From an uncultured Alphaproteobacteria bacterium (GTDB lineage: Bacteria > Pseudomonadota > Alphaproteobacteria > Rs-D84): DNA of 64,000 nt. The translations under genes and the position numbers were made by a program. This document shows, in pieces, positions 21,369-30,741 of the stretch (positions are counted from its first letter, which is position 1; every line of letters begins with the position of its first letter). The notes beneath the pieces are model-generated. The model did not search any database, was not told the DNA's origin, and saw only the letters and a list, made by a program, of their open reading frames with translations. The DNA lies in assembly GCA_951801825.1 (NCBI GenBank), contig CATOOF010000001.1, positions 8,936 to 72,935 on the forward strand, read 5' to 3'.

Positions 21369-22376
21369 TTATATGTTCAGGCTGTTTATTTCATCAACCA
21401 GGTCATTCATATTTGCACGCAAATCTTCGGGGGCCGATGCCCACACCAGGTGTCGCATCATAAACTTGTGCACATCATCCATGGTCAGGTTTGGAATACC
21501 GGCGGCGGCGGCAACACGATGCCAACTGGCACGCGGATCGGTAAGCTTCATGCGACCACGCACAGAAAACACCCAGTTCCCATCCTGAGGCAAATCTTGT
21601 AACAACACCACCGCGGCATCTGACAATGGACGCGCGCCCCACATGTAATGATTAAAGTCCAAATCGGACCAGCGCATAGAAAACACCTGTGACTTTGGTG
21701 CGAATCCATAAATCAGCATTAAAAACGCGGCACGTAAAACCGGCGACGGCTCGGCATTGATGGCCGCAATCAGCCGAACAATTCCGGATTTAGTAAGCGG
21801 GCGAACGCGCCTGTGCTGAACCACGCGCTCCATTTTGGCGACCGGATTTTCCTTTGCATAGCCAGTCTCGATGGCATATTTAAAAATACTCTGGACCAGT
21901 TCCTGCATACGTCGTGCAATTGCCGGCCCGGGAATATTTTCAATCACGGCACAAACGTCATCATACGATATATCCGAAACATATTTATCCCGCAACCCGA
22001 CCAAATGCCGCTCAATACCGCGACGCAACTTTACCATTCCGTCTTCACTGCGACGAACGCGTGCCGCCAGATACATATCCGTCAGCCGTCCCATCGTTAT
22101 TTTACTGCGGCGCACCTTTGGTTTTTCTGCGGCACGCATTAATACCTCTGATACGCGACCGCGGGCCTGCTCAATATCCACATCAGGATAATTGCCAATA
22201 ATGATGCGCCGGTCATGCCCGCCTATTCTTTTTCGAACAAAAAAAGTTTTTATGCCGCGACTGGTAACATACATCCGCAACCGTGGTTCCGATATATCCT
22301 GGACAACATCGAACCCCTTGTTCGGCGCCGGCAGATTATCCAGGATATAAGGGTTAAAGAAGAATTGATGCGCCAC
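21369..22376 (-). CDS. Tyrosine-recombinase (P4-type integrase)-like protein, probably degenerate
   Basis: N-terminus …NLPAPNKGFDVVQDISEPRLRMYVTSRGIKTFFVRKRIGGHDRRIIIGNYPDVDIEQARGRV… matches the arm-binding DUF4102 domain of P4-like integrases. The C-terminal region lacks a recognisable HxxR…Y catalytic box, and at 335 aa it is shorter than typical family members. Confidence 0.5.
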   Translation of the reverse strand: MAHQFFFNPYILDNLPAPNKGFDVVQDISEPRLRMYVTSRGIKTFFVRKRIGGHDRRIIIGNYPDVDIEQARGRVSEVLMRAAEKPKVRRSKITMGRLTDMYLAARVRRSEDGMVKLRRGIERHLVGLRDKYVSDISYDDVCAVIENIPGPAIARRMQELVQSIFKYAIETGYAKENPVAKMERVVQHRRVRPLTKSGIVRLIAAINAEPSPVLRAAFLMLIYGFAPKSQVFSMRWSDLDFNHYMWGARPLSDAAVVLLQDLPQDGNWVFSVRGRMKLTDPRASWHRVAAAAGIPNLTMDDVHKFMMRHLVWASAPEDLRANMNDLVDEINSLNI

Positions 22377-22393
22377 GGCCGCCCCCGTTTGCT

Positions 22394-22822
22394 TTACTTT
22401 GTGTTTGACTTGTCACGGCGCCAGAATGCACGACGATTGTTCTGTGCGGCCTCATATTCCTCAACAGCGGCGGCATATTCACAATTTGCCATATAATACG
22501 GACAATTTTTTTCAGCACACGGCGTAACTTTTCCGGTATCTTTTTCCTCTTTAAAATGAGGGCAATAATGTCTTACCTCATACAGTGTAACCCCACGGGA
22601 ATCAAACACGCTGTCTTGTGCAATGTTCTTGGGCACCTCCAGCAGTTTTGACCGGATACAGCGGCTCTGCGGCGCTGTGTCGTCCGCAAAATACAAATGC
22701 GTAATTTTTTTGCGCAGCCCTTCCAGTTTGCGCCATGCACAGCCTGCGGCATGCCGCAGCTTTTTATATTCGTCCCAGTCGGATTTGATAATATTCCATT
22801 TTTGTATGATTTTAGCGAACAT
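22394..22822 (-). CDS. Hypothetical Cys/His-rich small protein
   Basis: 142 aa ORF with a …HYCPHF…CAEKNCPYYMANCEY… cluster; no recognisable family. Confidence 0.35.
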   Translation of the reverse strand: MFAKIIQKWNIIKSDWDEYKKLRHAAGCAWRKLEGLRKKITHLYFADDTAPQSRCIRSKLLEVPKNIAQDSVFDSRGVTLYEVRHYCPHFKEEKDTGKVTPCAEKNCPYYMANCEYAAAVEEYEAAQNNRRAFWRRDKSNTK

Positions 22823-22836
22823 ATGCTTTTCCTTTT

Positions 22837-24627
22837 TTAGCTTACTTTCAGTGCGTTGATAAATGCGCTTTGCGGTATTTCAACACTGCCAAATGTGCGC
22901 ATGCGCTTTTTGCCTTCTTTTTGCTTTTCCAGCAGTTTGCGCTTACGCGTTATATCCCCGCCATAACATTTTGCGGTAACATCCTTGCGATATGCCGCAA
23001 TAGTTTCTCTCGCTATAATTTTTCCACCAATTGCCGCCTGCAACGGTATTTTAAACTGGTGCCGCGGAATCAGGTCTTTTAATTTTTCCACAATCTGGCG
23101 CCCTCGTTTTTCTGCAAAACTGCGATGGCACATAAACGACAACGGTTCCACATTTTCATCGTTTACCAGAATAGACACCTTTACCAAATCCGATGCCTGA
23201 TATCCCTGCAGAACATAATCAAACGACGCATATCCCGAAGATATAGACTTTACCCGGTCATAAAAATCAAATACGATTTCAGCCAGTGGTAACTGGTATA
23301 CCAAAACCGCGCGATTACCGACATAGGAAATATTTTCCTGAATGCCGCGCCGTTCCGAGCACAATGCCATAATCCCGCCCATGTATTTATCGGGCATCAT
23401 AATTGTTGCACGAACCCAGGGTTCTTCAATTCTTTCTATTTTTGTAGGCTCTGGCATATCGGCCGGGTTTTCCAAATCTACAACCTCGCCACTGCGCAGA
23501 TACAGTTTGTAAAGCACGCTGGGGACAGTGTTAATCAGGGTCAAATTAAACTCACGCGACAGGCGCTCGCTTATAATCTCCATATGCAACAGACCCAAAA
23601 ATCCGCAACGCAACCCAAATCCCAGCGCAGATGATTTTTCTGTCGTAAACATAAACGATGCATCATTCAGCGCCAGTTTTTCTGCACTCTCACGCAATGC
23701 GGGATAATCGTCGGCCTCTACCGGAAAGAACGAAGAAAACACGACCGGAATTGACGGCTTGAACCCGGGCAGCGCGTCCCCGCCACCGCGAACATCTAAG
23801 ATAGTGTCGCCAACCTTGCAGTCATGAATGGTTTTCATCCCGGTAATAATAAATCCTATTTCGCCGGTCTTTAATTCTTCTGTATTAACCATTTTTGGGG
23901 TAAAATATCCTATTTTATCAATAACATATTCAGCCCCGGTTGCCATAAATTTTATCTTTTGACCGCGTGATAATTTCCCGTCAACAACACGCACCAATAT
24001 AACAACGCCCAGATATGAATCATACCACGAATCAACCAACAGTGCCCGCGTCGATGCGTTTTCATCCCCCCGCGGACTGGGCAGCTTTTGAACAATCTCT
24101 TCCAGTAATTCCGGAACGCCGGCGCCGGTTTTTCCCGACACGCCCAACGCATCAGATGCATCCAGCCCAATAACATCTGCAATCTGTTCACGCGTGCCGA
24201 CAACATCACTTGACGGCAGGTCTATTTTATTCAGCACGGGCAACATTTCCAAATCATTATCCAGCGCCAAATAAGCATTGGCCAATGTCTGGGCCTGAAC
24301 ACCCTGGGTTGCATCAACCAGAACCAGCGCCCCCTCGCACGCGGCCAGCGAACGCGACACCTCATACGAAAAGTCGACGTGTCCGGGTGTGTCCATTAAA
24401 TTCAGCTGATAGGTTTGACCATCCTTTGCGGTATAATTCAGGCGAACCGTCTGGGCCTTGATTGTAATTCCCCGCTCGCGCTCTATATCCATGGAATCAA
24501 GAACCTGCGACTTCATCTCACGCGATTGCAGGCCCCCGGTATATTCAATCAATCTGTCTGATAAAGTAGATTTACCGTGGTCTATGTGTGCAACAATTGC
24601 AAAATTTCTGATATTTTTCTGGCTCAT
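22837..24627 (-). CDS. lepA: Elongation factor 4 (LepA)
   Basis: Start taken at [22 protein letters not shown]…; the full protein shows LepA GTPase and C-terminal domains. The upstream ORF extension is unlikely to be translated. Confidence 0.93.
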   Translation of the reverse strand: MSQKNIRNFAIVAHIDHGKSTLSDRLIEYTGGLQSREMKSQVLDSMDIERERGITIKAQTVRLNYTAKDGQTYQLNLMDTPGHVDFSYEVSRSLAACEGALVLVDATQGVQAQTLANAYLALDNDLEMLPVLNKIDLPSSDVVGTREQIADVIGLDASDALGVSGKTGAGVPELLEEIVQKLPSPRGDENASTRALLVDSWYDSYLGVVILVRVVDGKLSRGQKIKFMATGAEYVIDKIGYFTPKMVNTEELKTGEIGFIITGMKTIHDCKVGDTILDVRGGGDALPGFKPSIPVVFSSFFPVEADDYPALRESAEKLALNDASFMFTTEKSSALGFGLRCGFLGLLHMEIISERLSREFNLTLINTVPSVLYKLYLRSGEVVDLENPADMPEPTKIERIEEPWVRATIMMPDKYMGGIMALCSERRGIQENISYVGNRAVLVYQLPLAEIVFDFYDRVKSISSGYASFDYVLQGYQASDLVKVSILVNDENVEPLSFMCHRSFAEKRGRQIVEKLKDLIPRHQFKIPLQAAIGGKIIARETIAAYRKDVTAKCYGGDITRKRKLLEKQKEGKKRMRTFGSVEIPQSAFINALKVS

Positions 24628-24698
24628 GCGGCAATGGTACACCAGTATATCCCAACTTGCAATCTGTTTTTTATAGGAAATATCGGTATGTATTATCG

Positions 24699-25139
24699 CT
24701 ACAGTTCTTTGGCATGCGTATACGTCATACCGCATGGTGCGTACCCGTGCTTGGCATAAAAGCTTTTGGCCTGACGGGTGGGCGCCGGCTGTACCAGCAC
24801 ACGGCACACACCCGCATTGCGGCAATGCGATTCGTATGCATTAATCAGACGGGTACCCAAACCGCGGCGGCCACAAACAGGATCAACAAACACCCAATCA
24901 ATCCGAGACTCTGGCCGGGCACCATCAGTTTCAATATGCCCCTTAATAAAACCGCGCAGCTGTTCACGCACAAAACAAGCAAACAATATATGCTTATGAA
25001 TATTTACATCACGCTGCATAAATCCATGAATCATTATCGCATTATTAGGACGCGACATATTCGCAATCCAAAAACATTCCAACAACAAATTATCCGTCAG
25101 ATCAGAAATTTTGGTAATTACAATATCATTATGATTCAT
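24699..25139 (-). CDS. GNAT-family N-acetyltransferase
   Basis: Start at [10 protein letters not shown]…; acetyl-CoA-binding motif …[16 protein letters not shown]…. Confidence 0.7.
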   Translation of the reverse strand: MNHNDIVITKISDLTDNLLLECFWIANMSRPNNAIMIHGFMQRDVNIHKHILFACFVREQLRGFIKGHIETDGARPESRIDWVFVDPVCGRRGLGTRLINAYESHCRNAGVCRVLVQPAPTRQAKSFYAKHGYAPCGMTYTHAKEL

Positions 25140-25488
25140 TTGCAATCTGCCCCAACAGTTCATCAATTCGCGATGCCCGCTCCAGAGTATCATCGTATTC
25201 AAAACGAATATCTGGTACATATTTTTGATTCATGCGCGCGGCCAGCTCGAACCGGACTGTTCGCGTGACCTCATCCAGACGGCGCTGAACGGCGGAAATA
25301 TCTTCGTTTCGCGAATAGTAATACAGTCGCACAAACTGTAATCCGCCATGTGCAACCGCCCCGACCAGCGACACACCGCCTAAAATTGCATCCTCGCCGT
25401 AATTGTCGCGTAAAATCTGTGCAACCAGCATTTGAACCTTGGCGGCAATACGATCGGGCCGATTTGAGTTTGTACGTTTTTTCTGCAT
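25129..25488 (-). CDS. rbfA: Ribosome-binding factor A
   Basis: 119 aa, …VSLVGAVAHGGLQFVRLYY…PDIRFEYDDTLERASRIDELL matches the RbfA pattern. Confidence 0.75.
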   Translation of the reverse strand: MQKKRTNSNRPDRIAAKVQMLVAQILRDNYGEDAILGGVSLVGAVAHGGLQFVRLYYYSRNEDISAVQRRLDEVTRTVRFELAARMNQKYVPDIRFEYDDTLERASRIDELLGQIANES

Positions 25489-25577
25489 ATTTTTATCTTT
25501 TTTTTATACTTATTAATTTGTAAATTAGACTAAATTTATGTACAATCAAGAAAATTTTTGACAAATCCGGGGGAAAA

Positions 25578-26150
25578 ATGAAACTTGTTGAATCAATTCT
25601 TAAAAAATCTGAACATCCGGCCTATGCATGGATAGTTTTTGTTTTAACAGTATGCGAATCGATATTCCTGTTTGTCCCGCCAGAGGTTTTTATGACCCCG
25701 CCTATTATTGCGAACCGCCGACGTGCGATTCCGATTACGATTGCGGCGGCGGCCGGTTCGCTGGTCGGCGGCGCAATTGCATATTTGATTGGATACTGGC
25801 TGTTTGACTCGGTCGGACTGTGGCTGATACAAAATTTTGCCACGATGGAAAAATTTGAAATGGCCCAGGCGTTATTTATAAAGCATGGTCTGTTTATAAT
25901 TGTCCTGACCGCGTTTACCCCTATTCCGTACAAGCTGATGGCAATATGCGCAGGATTCATGGGATTCCCGGCGGCATTGTTCTTAGGCGTATCGGCGGTA
26001 TTCCGCACGGCGCGTTTTGCCATCGTCGCAGCGTTACTGTGGCGTTTCCAGGAACAGGCAAACACCATCGTAAAAAAATATTTCTGGCCACTTACCATGT
26101 TTGCAATTATTGCGGCAGGACTGGGCATCGGCCTGATGATGCTGTTATAG
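25578..26150 (+). CDS. YqaA/DedA-superfamily (VTT-domain) inner-membrane protein
   Basis: 190 aa with 4-5 TM helices and an …FVPPEVFMTPP… motif. Confidence 0.55.
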   Translation: MKLVESILKKSEHPAYAWIVFVLTVCESIFLFVPPEVFMTPPIIANRRRAIPITIAAAAGSLVGGAIAYLIGYWLFDSVGLWLIQNFATMEKFEMAQALFIKHGLFIIVLTAFTPIPYKLMAICAGFMGFPAALFLGVSAVFRTARFAIVAALLWRFQEQANTIVKKYFWPLTMFAIIAAGLGIGLMMLL

Positions 26151-26171
26151 CCCCGGGCACGTGTCCCATAC

Positions 26172-26181
26172 TGGGGGGGGG
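26172..26181. repeat. homopolymeric G10 tract (intergenic, between convergent genes)
   Basis: tgggggggggg read directly; 22 nt after the stop of the 25578-26150 gene. Confidence 0.9.
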
Positions 26182-26321
26182 CGTCATTAATACAGCCATA
26201 CATTTGCTATATGTCTACATAACAGCATGCGTAAATAAAAATACAGCGACATTGTGTCGCTGTATTTTCTTCTCATAAAAGGCATGCGCCTTTCTCTCCC
26301 TATCATCCCTGTCGGGAAACT

Positions 26322-27560
26322 TTATTCAACCCATATGGTCGCGGTTGCAGTACCCGTGGTTCCCACCGGAATAACCCCCAGTTTTGCCACACCAATCGCA
26401 TCACGTGTTGCAGATACACCCGATACATTCACAGATGTACCACTTACCGTGGCCGATACACCATTTGAACCGCTGGCCGTATACGTTGTATTATTATCAG
26501 TTAACTCGATTGTTGCGGCGGTGGCCTGGTTCGCCGTAAAAGTACCCTTAACAGCCCCCCCCTGTTTAATAGTAAGCGTGGCGTTATTTACCGTCGGAAC
26601 ATTTATCGTTCCCTTTGTGACGGAAATTTTACCGTCTGTCTGGCTAACATTCGTAACGACATTACCCGTCGCGCTAGACTCTGCAACATCCAGTGCATTT
26701 ATCGCATTTGTAATATCACCCGGGGTCGCCGCGGTAACACCCTTTGTAACTGTAAGCGCACCGTTATTTGCCGTAATTGCCGAAACAACGTTTCCGGCAC
26801 CGGTTGTTGTCGCCGTTGTAACTGTATTTGTATCTGTTCCAGATACTGTTATAACCCCAGATGCATCCTTGGTCACAGTAACACTGCCGGAACCTTTAAT
26901 ATTACCATTACTGCCCGCGGTCAATGTATCCTGCTTGCCCGTGGCATAATTATTGTATTGGGTTACTTTGTCCGCCGTAATACCGGAATTAAGAGCGGCC
27001 TGCTGAGCAGAACTCATCGTGGTCCATGCACCATTGGGACCACCCATCTGGTAATTTGCAGTGGATTTAACCTGATACACATTCTTGGCGGCCGCAACGG
27101 CGGCATCCCCCATTGCGGCGGCAATTTCCTCTGCCACCTTTACAGAAGGAATACGCGCATCATTGTCTGTATGCAGGGTGTCATATGTATTAATCGTATC
27201 TATGTTAATCTTTGTCGGGGCAATTGCGGCAGATGCAGAAATATCCGCATTTACAATCGTGCCATCTGCTATATCCCCAGATGTCACAGAACTTTTACCC
27301 GCCAATGTACCTAATGCCGGCTTGTTCTTTATCTGTCCCATGCCGGATGTTGCGTTCCAGTCGGGCTGAACCTGTGCCGCTGGAATATCTGGCTTGTTCG
27401 TCAAATCATTATAAGAGCCAGACGTCGCCACCGGTGCCAAGTTACCTTCTGTGCCCAAACGTTTGTTTAACAGCGTGGTTGATACAACCTCTGCACGGGC
27501 CGGTATCACAGACACAATTGCGATAAAAGAAACTGCAAAAATACCAGCTATATTCCTCAT
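26322..27560 (-). CDS. Secreted surface-fibre protein with phage-tail-fibre-type repeats
   Basis: Signal peptide, then …SGSYNDLTNKPDIPAAQVQPDWNATSGMGQIKNKP… Thr/Gly/Ala-rich beta-rich body. Shares the …NDARIPSVKVAEEIA… motif with the neighbouring gene. Confidence 0.55.
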   Translation of the reverse strand: MRNIAGIFAVSFIAIVSVIPARAEVVSTTLLNKRLGTEGNLAPVATSGSYNDLTNKPDIPAAQVQPDWNATSGMGQIKNKPALGTLAGKSSVTSGDIADGTIVNADISASAAIAPTKINIDTINTYDTLHTDNDARIPSVKVAEEIAAAMGDAAVAAAKNVYQVKSTANYQMGGPNGAWTTMSSAQQAALNSGITADKVTQYNNYATGKQDTLTAGSNGNIKGSGSVTVTKDASGVITVSGTDTNTVTTATTTGAGNVVSAITANNGALTVTKGVTAATPGDITNAINALDVAESSATGNVVTNVSQTDGKISVTKGTINVPTVNNATLTIKQGGAVKGTFTANQATAATIELTDNNTTYTASGSNGVSATVSGTSVNVSGVSATRDAIGVAKLGVIPVGTTGTATATIWVE

Positions 27561-27672
27561 AACCTAAAAACTCTCTACCCGTCTTATATTATCACAAATC
27601 CCCACTTCAACACAAGGTCATATATGGCGTAACCATATCTTTTTTGAATTACGCCATATATTCCGCCCTATG

Positions 27673-28914
27673 TTAACGTCCAATCGTTTCCCAAACATAT
27701 GCGCCGTTGCGGAACAATAACGCACAGCCCGCTTCAGAAGTTTCACAATTCGTACCGGGTTTTGGAATTGCATTATTTGCCTTGGCCAGTGCGCTGTCCG
27801 CCGTATCCTGGGCATCTGACGCCGCAGTATTTGCCTGGGTGGCCGCGGCTTGCGCCGTGGTGGCCTTGCCGCCTACTTCCTTTATCGCGGCGACAACGGT
27901 TGTCGCGGTTGTTCCCATATTTGTCGCAGAAACATCTCCAACCTCTGCATCATAGGTTGCGGTTGGTAACTTAGTTCCCAGTCCAGATGTTGTGCTTTCA
28001 ATCGCCGTCTTGTTTGCATTCGCCGTTGCGGCCGCGGCCTGGACCGCCGCATCATTTGATGTTTTATATGTGTCTAAGGCCGCCGCGGCATCGGTTCCCG
28101 CCTTTTTGGCCGTAGCCACCGCCGCATCTGTCTCTGTTTTTGTATATGCGTCACCAATATTATAGCCCGCCAATGTAGTGGCTTTATCCGCCTTGCCTTC
28201 AACCGCGGTGTTTATTGCATCAACCGCAACCTTAATTTTATTATCAACACTGCCATCAACAGTATCTGCCGCATTCAAGGTTGCAATCGCATCGGTGTTT
28301 GTCTTGATTGCATCAATTTTTTCCTTTGTTGCACCAGAGACCATAACCGCACTGTTATTAATGGCAGTAATCGCGGACGTATTTTCTGCAATGTCCGCCT
28401 TTAGTTCTGTATCATCATATGTCGCGGCTGTTTTTGCATCATCAATTAACTCAACAACCGTCTTGTCTGCGGGTACGGTACCGATTGTCTTATTAATTGC
28501 ATTATCTGCCGCGGTACGCGCCGCTATCTCGTCATCAATTCTTGTGCCCAATGCGGTATCCGCAGATGTACGTGCCGCTGATTCTGCATCCATCTCTGCC
28601 TTGGTAAGACCTTTGTTACTGGCCGTCAATGGCGTAACAAAATCTTCCTTTTTTCTTGAATAGATATTTGCAGCCGCCGTTACCGCCGCATCAGCCGATG
28701 CACTGGCAATGTCTTCGGCAACTTTTACTGTTGGAATACGTTCATCATTATCAGCATTGCTGGTATTATAAGAAGACATGTTGTCAATTTTCAACGTATC
28801 CTGTTTTGTTTTGGCAATATCATCAACATACGTTGTTGATGCAATATCCGCACGTGCCGCACCAACCGCCAAAAACGCCGCCAGAGAAGCTACCAAAAAT
28901 CCTGCTCTTTTCAT
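27673..28914 (-). CDS. Secreted Ala/Thr-rich coiled-coil surface protein (paralog)
   Basis: Signal peptide MKRAGFLVASLAAFLAVGAARA, then DIASTTYVDDIA…, then …NDERIPTVKVAEDIA…; a long coiled-coil; C-terminal IPKPGTNCETSEAGCALLFRNGAYVWETIGR. Confidence 0.55.
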   Translation of the reverse strand: MKRAGFLVASLAAFLAVGAARADIASTTYVDDIAKTKQDTLKIDNMSSYNTSNADNDERIPTVKVAEDIASASADAAVTAAANIYSRKKEDFVTPLTASNKGLTKAEMDAESAARTSADTALGTRIDDEIAARTAADNAINKTIGTVPADKTVVELIDDAKTAATYDDTELKADIAENTSAITAINNSAVMVSGATKEKIDAIKTNTDAIATLNAADTVDGSVDNKIKVAVDAINTAVEGKADKATTLAGYNIGDAYTKTETDAAVATAKKAGTDAAAALDTYKTSNDAAVQAAAATANANKTAIESTTSGLGTKLPTATYDAEVGDVSATNMGTTATTVVAAIKEVGGKATTAQAAATQANTAASDAQDTADSALAKANNAIPKPGTNCETSEAGCALLFRNGAYVWETIGR

Positions 28915-29015
28915 AATATATGATACCTAAATAATTTTATCCGCTATGTGATGCGTTGCACGCATCTACTGTACCCGGCGGTCGTTTATCCAACCACCGG
29001 GATTTTTTTTATAAC

Positions 29016-29831
29016 TTAAACGCCCGGCGTCGGTGCTGGTGCTGGGTCTGCACGTTCAATTTGTTCCCATTTCAAGGTCGCAACATCGCCAAGGGTCTTG
29101 ATGGTTAAAACATATGTTCCATCTTCGCCTGTTGTCGTAACCTTTTTAATGGATTCGTTCAGCGCCTGTGTCGCATCAGCCTGGGCTTTTTCAACCGCCG
29201 TGTTCAATGCGGTATCTGCCGCTTTATACGCAGTGTCCAATGCACCAATCGCATCAGCGTTAGCTTTTTCTGCTGCTGTTGCACGGTCCGTTTCAACCTT
29301 TACCGCGTTGGCAATATCTGTTGCAACCTGTGTTTTATCCGCCTTGTCAGAAACAGCTGTATCAATAGCGTCTTTGATTGCACCCTCTTCCGCAGTAATA
29401 GAGTTTGTAATAATTGTTTTAACCTGGTCCTGTGTTACTTTGCTAGTATTCAATTCATTGATTGCCTCGGTCAGTGTTTTATTCGTTGTCCCCAGTTCGG
29501 CTGTTCCAACCGTCCCCTCCAACGCACTAATATCATCCTCGGCCGTATATAAGCGCGCATCAATATCCTTTAAATCCGCCGCCGAAGCCTTGGAATCCAA
29601 TGCCTTGGATATTTCCGATGTATCGCTGTTCAGTTCTTCTGTAATCCGATTGGTAATTGTTGTGTTAATACCGTCGCGAAATTCCGTAACAGTTGATTCC
29701 AACGTTGTGACGCTACCCTGTACTTTGCCAATTTCTTGATCAACATAGGCCCTGGATGTAACGGCCGCATTTGCATCGACTGCAACCAAGCCCAACAGAA
29801 CTGTAAAAATACCAGTTGTAAGTTTTTTCAT
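29016..29831 (-). CDS. Secreted coiled-coil surface protein (paralog)
   Basis: Signal peptide; N-terminal AAVTSRAYVDQEI motif; heptad-rich Thr/Ala/Asp body; Pro-rich C-terminus. Confidence 0.5.
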   Translation of the reverse strand: MKKLTTGIFTVLLGLVAVDANAAVTSRAYVDQEIGKVQGSVTTLESTVTEFRDGINTTITNRITEELNSDTSEISKALDSKASAADLKDIDARLYTAEDDISALEGTVGTAELGTTNKTLTEAINELNTSKVTQDQVKTIITNSITAEEGAIKDAIDTAVSDKADKTQVATDIANAVKVETDRATAAEKANADAIGALDTAYKAADTALNTAVEKAQADATQALNESIKKVTTTGEDGTYVLTIKTLGDVATLKWEQIERADPAPAPTPGV

Positions 29832-29868
29832 AATTTTTTCCTTTCCTTAAACTTTATTTATCTGAAGA

Positions 29869-30693
29869 TTAATCTGCCGGAGTAACCGTGCTTTCCAGCG
29901 GCGCCGTAACATCCAGCCACATCAGGCTATTACCGGCTGAATCGACCGACAGAACACAGCGTCCCGACTCTGCGGCACAGGACCCTGTCGGTTTCGGTAT
30001 CGCCAGGTCAATAATTTTAGCGTTTGCTTCTTCCTTTGTATAAACATCGGCTACGTTGGCCTTTTTATCCAGTTCAGTTTTTAACGTGCCAGATTCAACA
30101 GATTTATCAATTGCGTCGGTCACAACATCGCCATTGCTGACAATTGTGGTAATAATTTCTTTTACGGATTCATTTTGTTCCAATGCATTCGTAATCTTTT
30201 CCGTAACGGTTGCATTTGTTACCAAATCCGCCGCCGCCACAGTACCCGCGACATAATTACCGGTTGCATCAATTGTTGCGATATTGCCGGCCTTGATTGC
30301 TTCGCCCGTCAGCTTGTCTGCCTTGCCTGCGACATCCGTTTCCAGTTGTCCAACAGTTGTATTCAAATTATTAACAGTTGTGCTAATCTGGTTTACAGTC
30401 GATGTATCCGCCTTTGTGTCCAGTGCCTGGTCAATGGCTGTTTTCAGTTCACTGTTTTCAGACTGCAGTTCGTTTGTAATATTTGTTACGATAACATCCT
30501 GCAACTGCTCTGTTTTAGTATAATTGTTTTCAATTGTTGTCTGCAGTTCCTTAACATCTGTCGAAACCTTGTTATCAACATATTGTTTGCTTGCGATTTG
30601 AGGCGCCGCCGATGCACTGGCAATCCCAGCACTTACCATTATAGCCGCTGCAAATCCGGAAAAAGCGACATTCTTTACTTTCATTTTTTTCAC
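29869..30693 (-). CDS. Secreted coiled-coil surface protein (paralog)
   Basis: Signal peptide; …QIASKQYVDNKV… motif; DVYTK-type repeats; C-terminal …IPKPTGSCAAESGRCVLSVDSAGNSLMWLDV…. Confidence 0.5.
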   Translation of the reverse strand: MKKMKVKNVAFSGFAAAIMVSAGIASASAAPQIASKQYVDNKVSTDVKELQTTIENNYTKTEQLQDVIVTNITNELQSENSELKTAIDQALDTKADTSTVNQISTTVNNLNTTVGQLETDVAGKADKLTGEAIKAGNIATIDATGNYVAGTVAAADLVTNATVTEKITNALEQNESVKEIITTIVSNGDVVTDAIDKSVESGTLKTELDKKANVADVYTKEEANAKIIDLAIPKPTGSCAAESGRCVLSVDSAGNSLMWLDVTAPLESTVTPAD

Positions 30694-30741
30694 TTCCTTT
30701 TTTTACACTTGGCCCAAGGGCCGTTTATAATGATTTGACAG

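Noticed and set aside
24657-25268. 203-aa + strand ORF
   Set aside because: Antisense to the GNAT and rbfA genes.
25622-26203. 193-aa minus-strand ORF and 25946-26278 + ORF
   Set aside because: Antisense to, or out of frame with, the YqaA/DedA-like membrane gene; no independent support.
28178-28663. 161-aa Ala-rich + strand ORF (also 29098-29739, 30175-30738, 31118-31339, 31876-32358)
   Set aside because: Reverse-strand readings of the Ala/Thr-rich fibre genes (GCN/ACN codons read as Ala/Ser/Val on the opposite strand); artefacts of composition.
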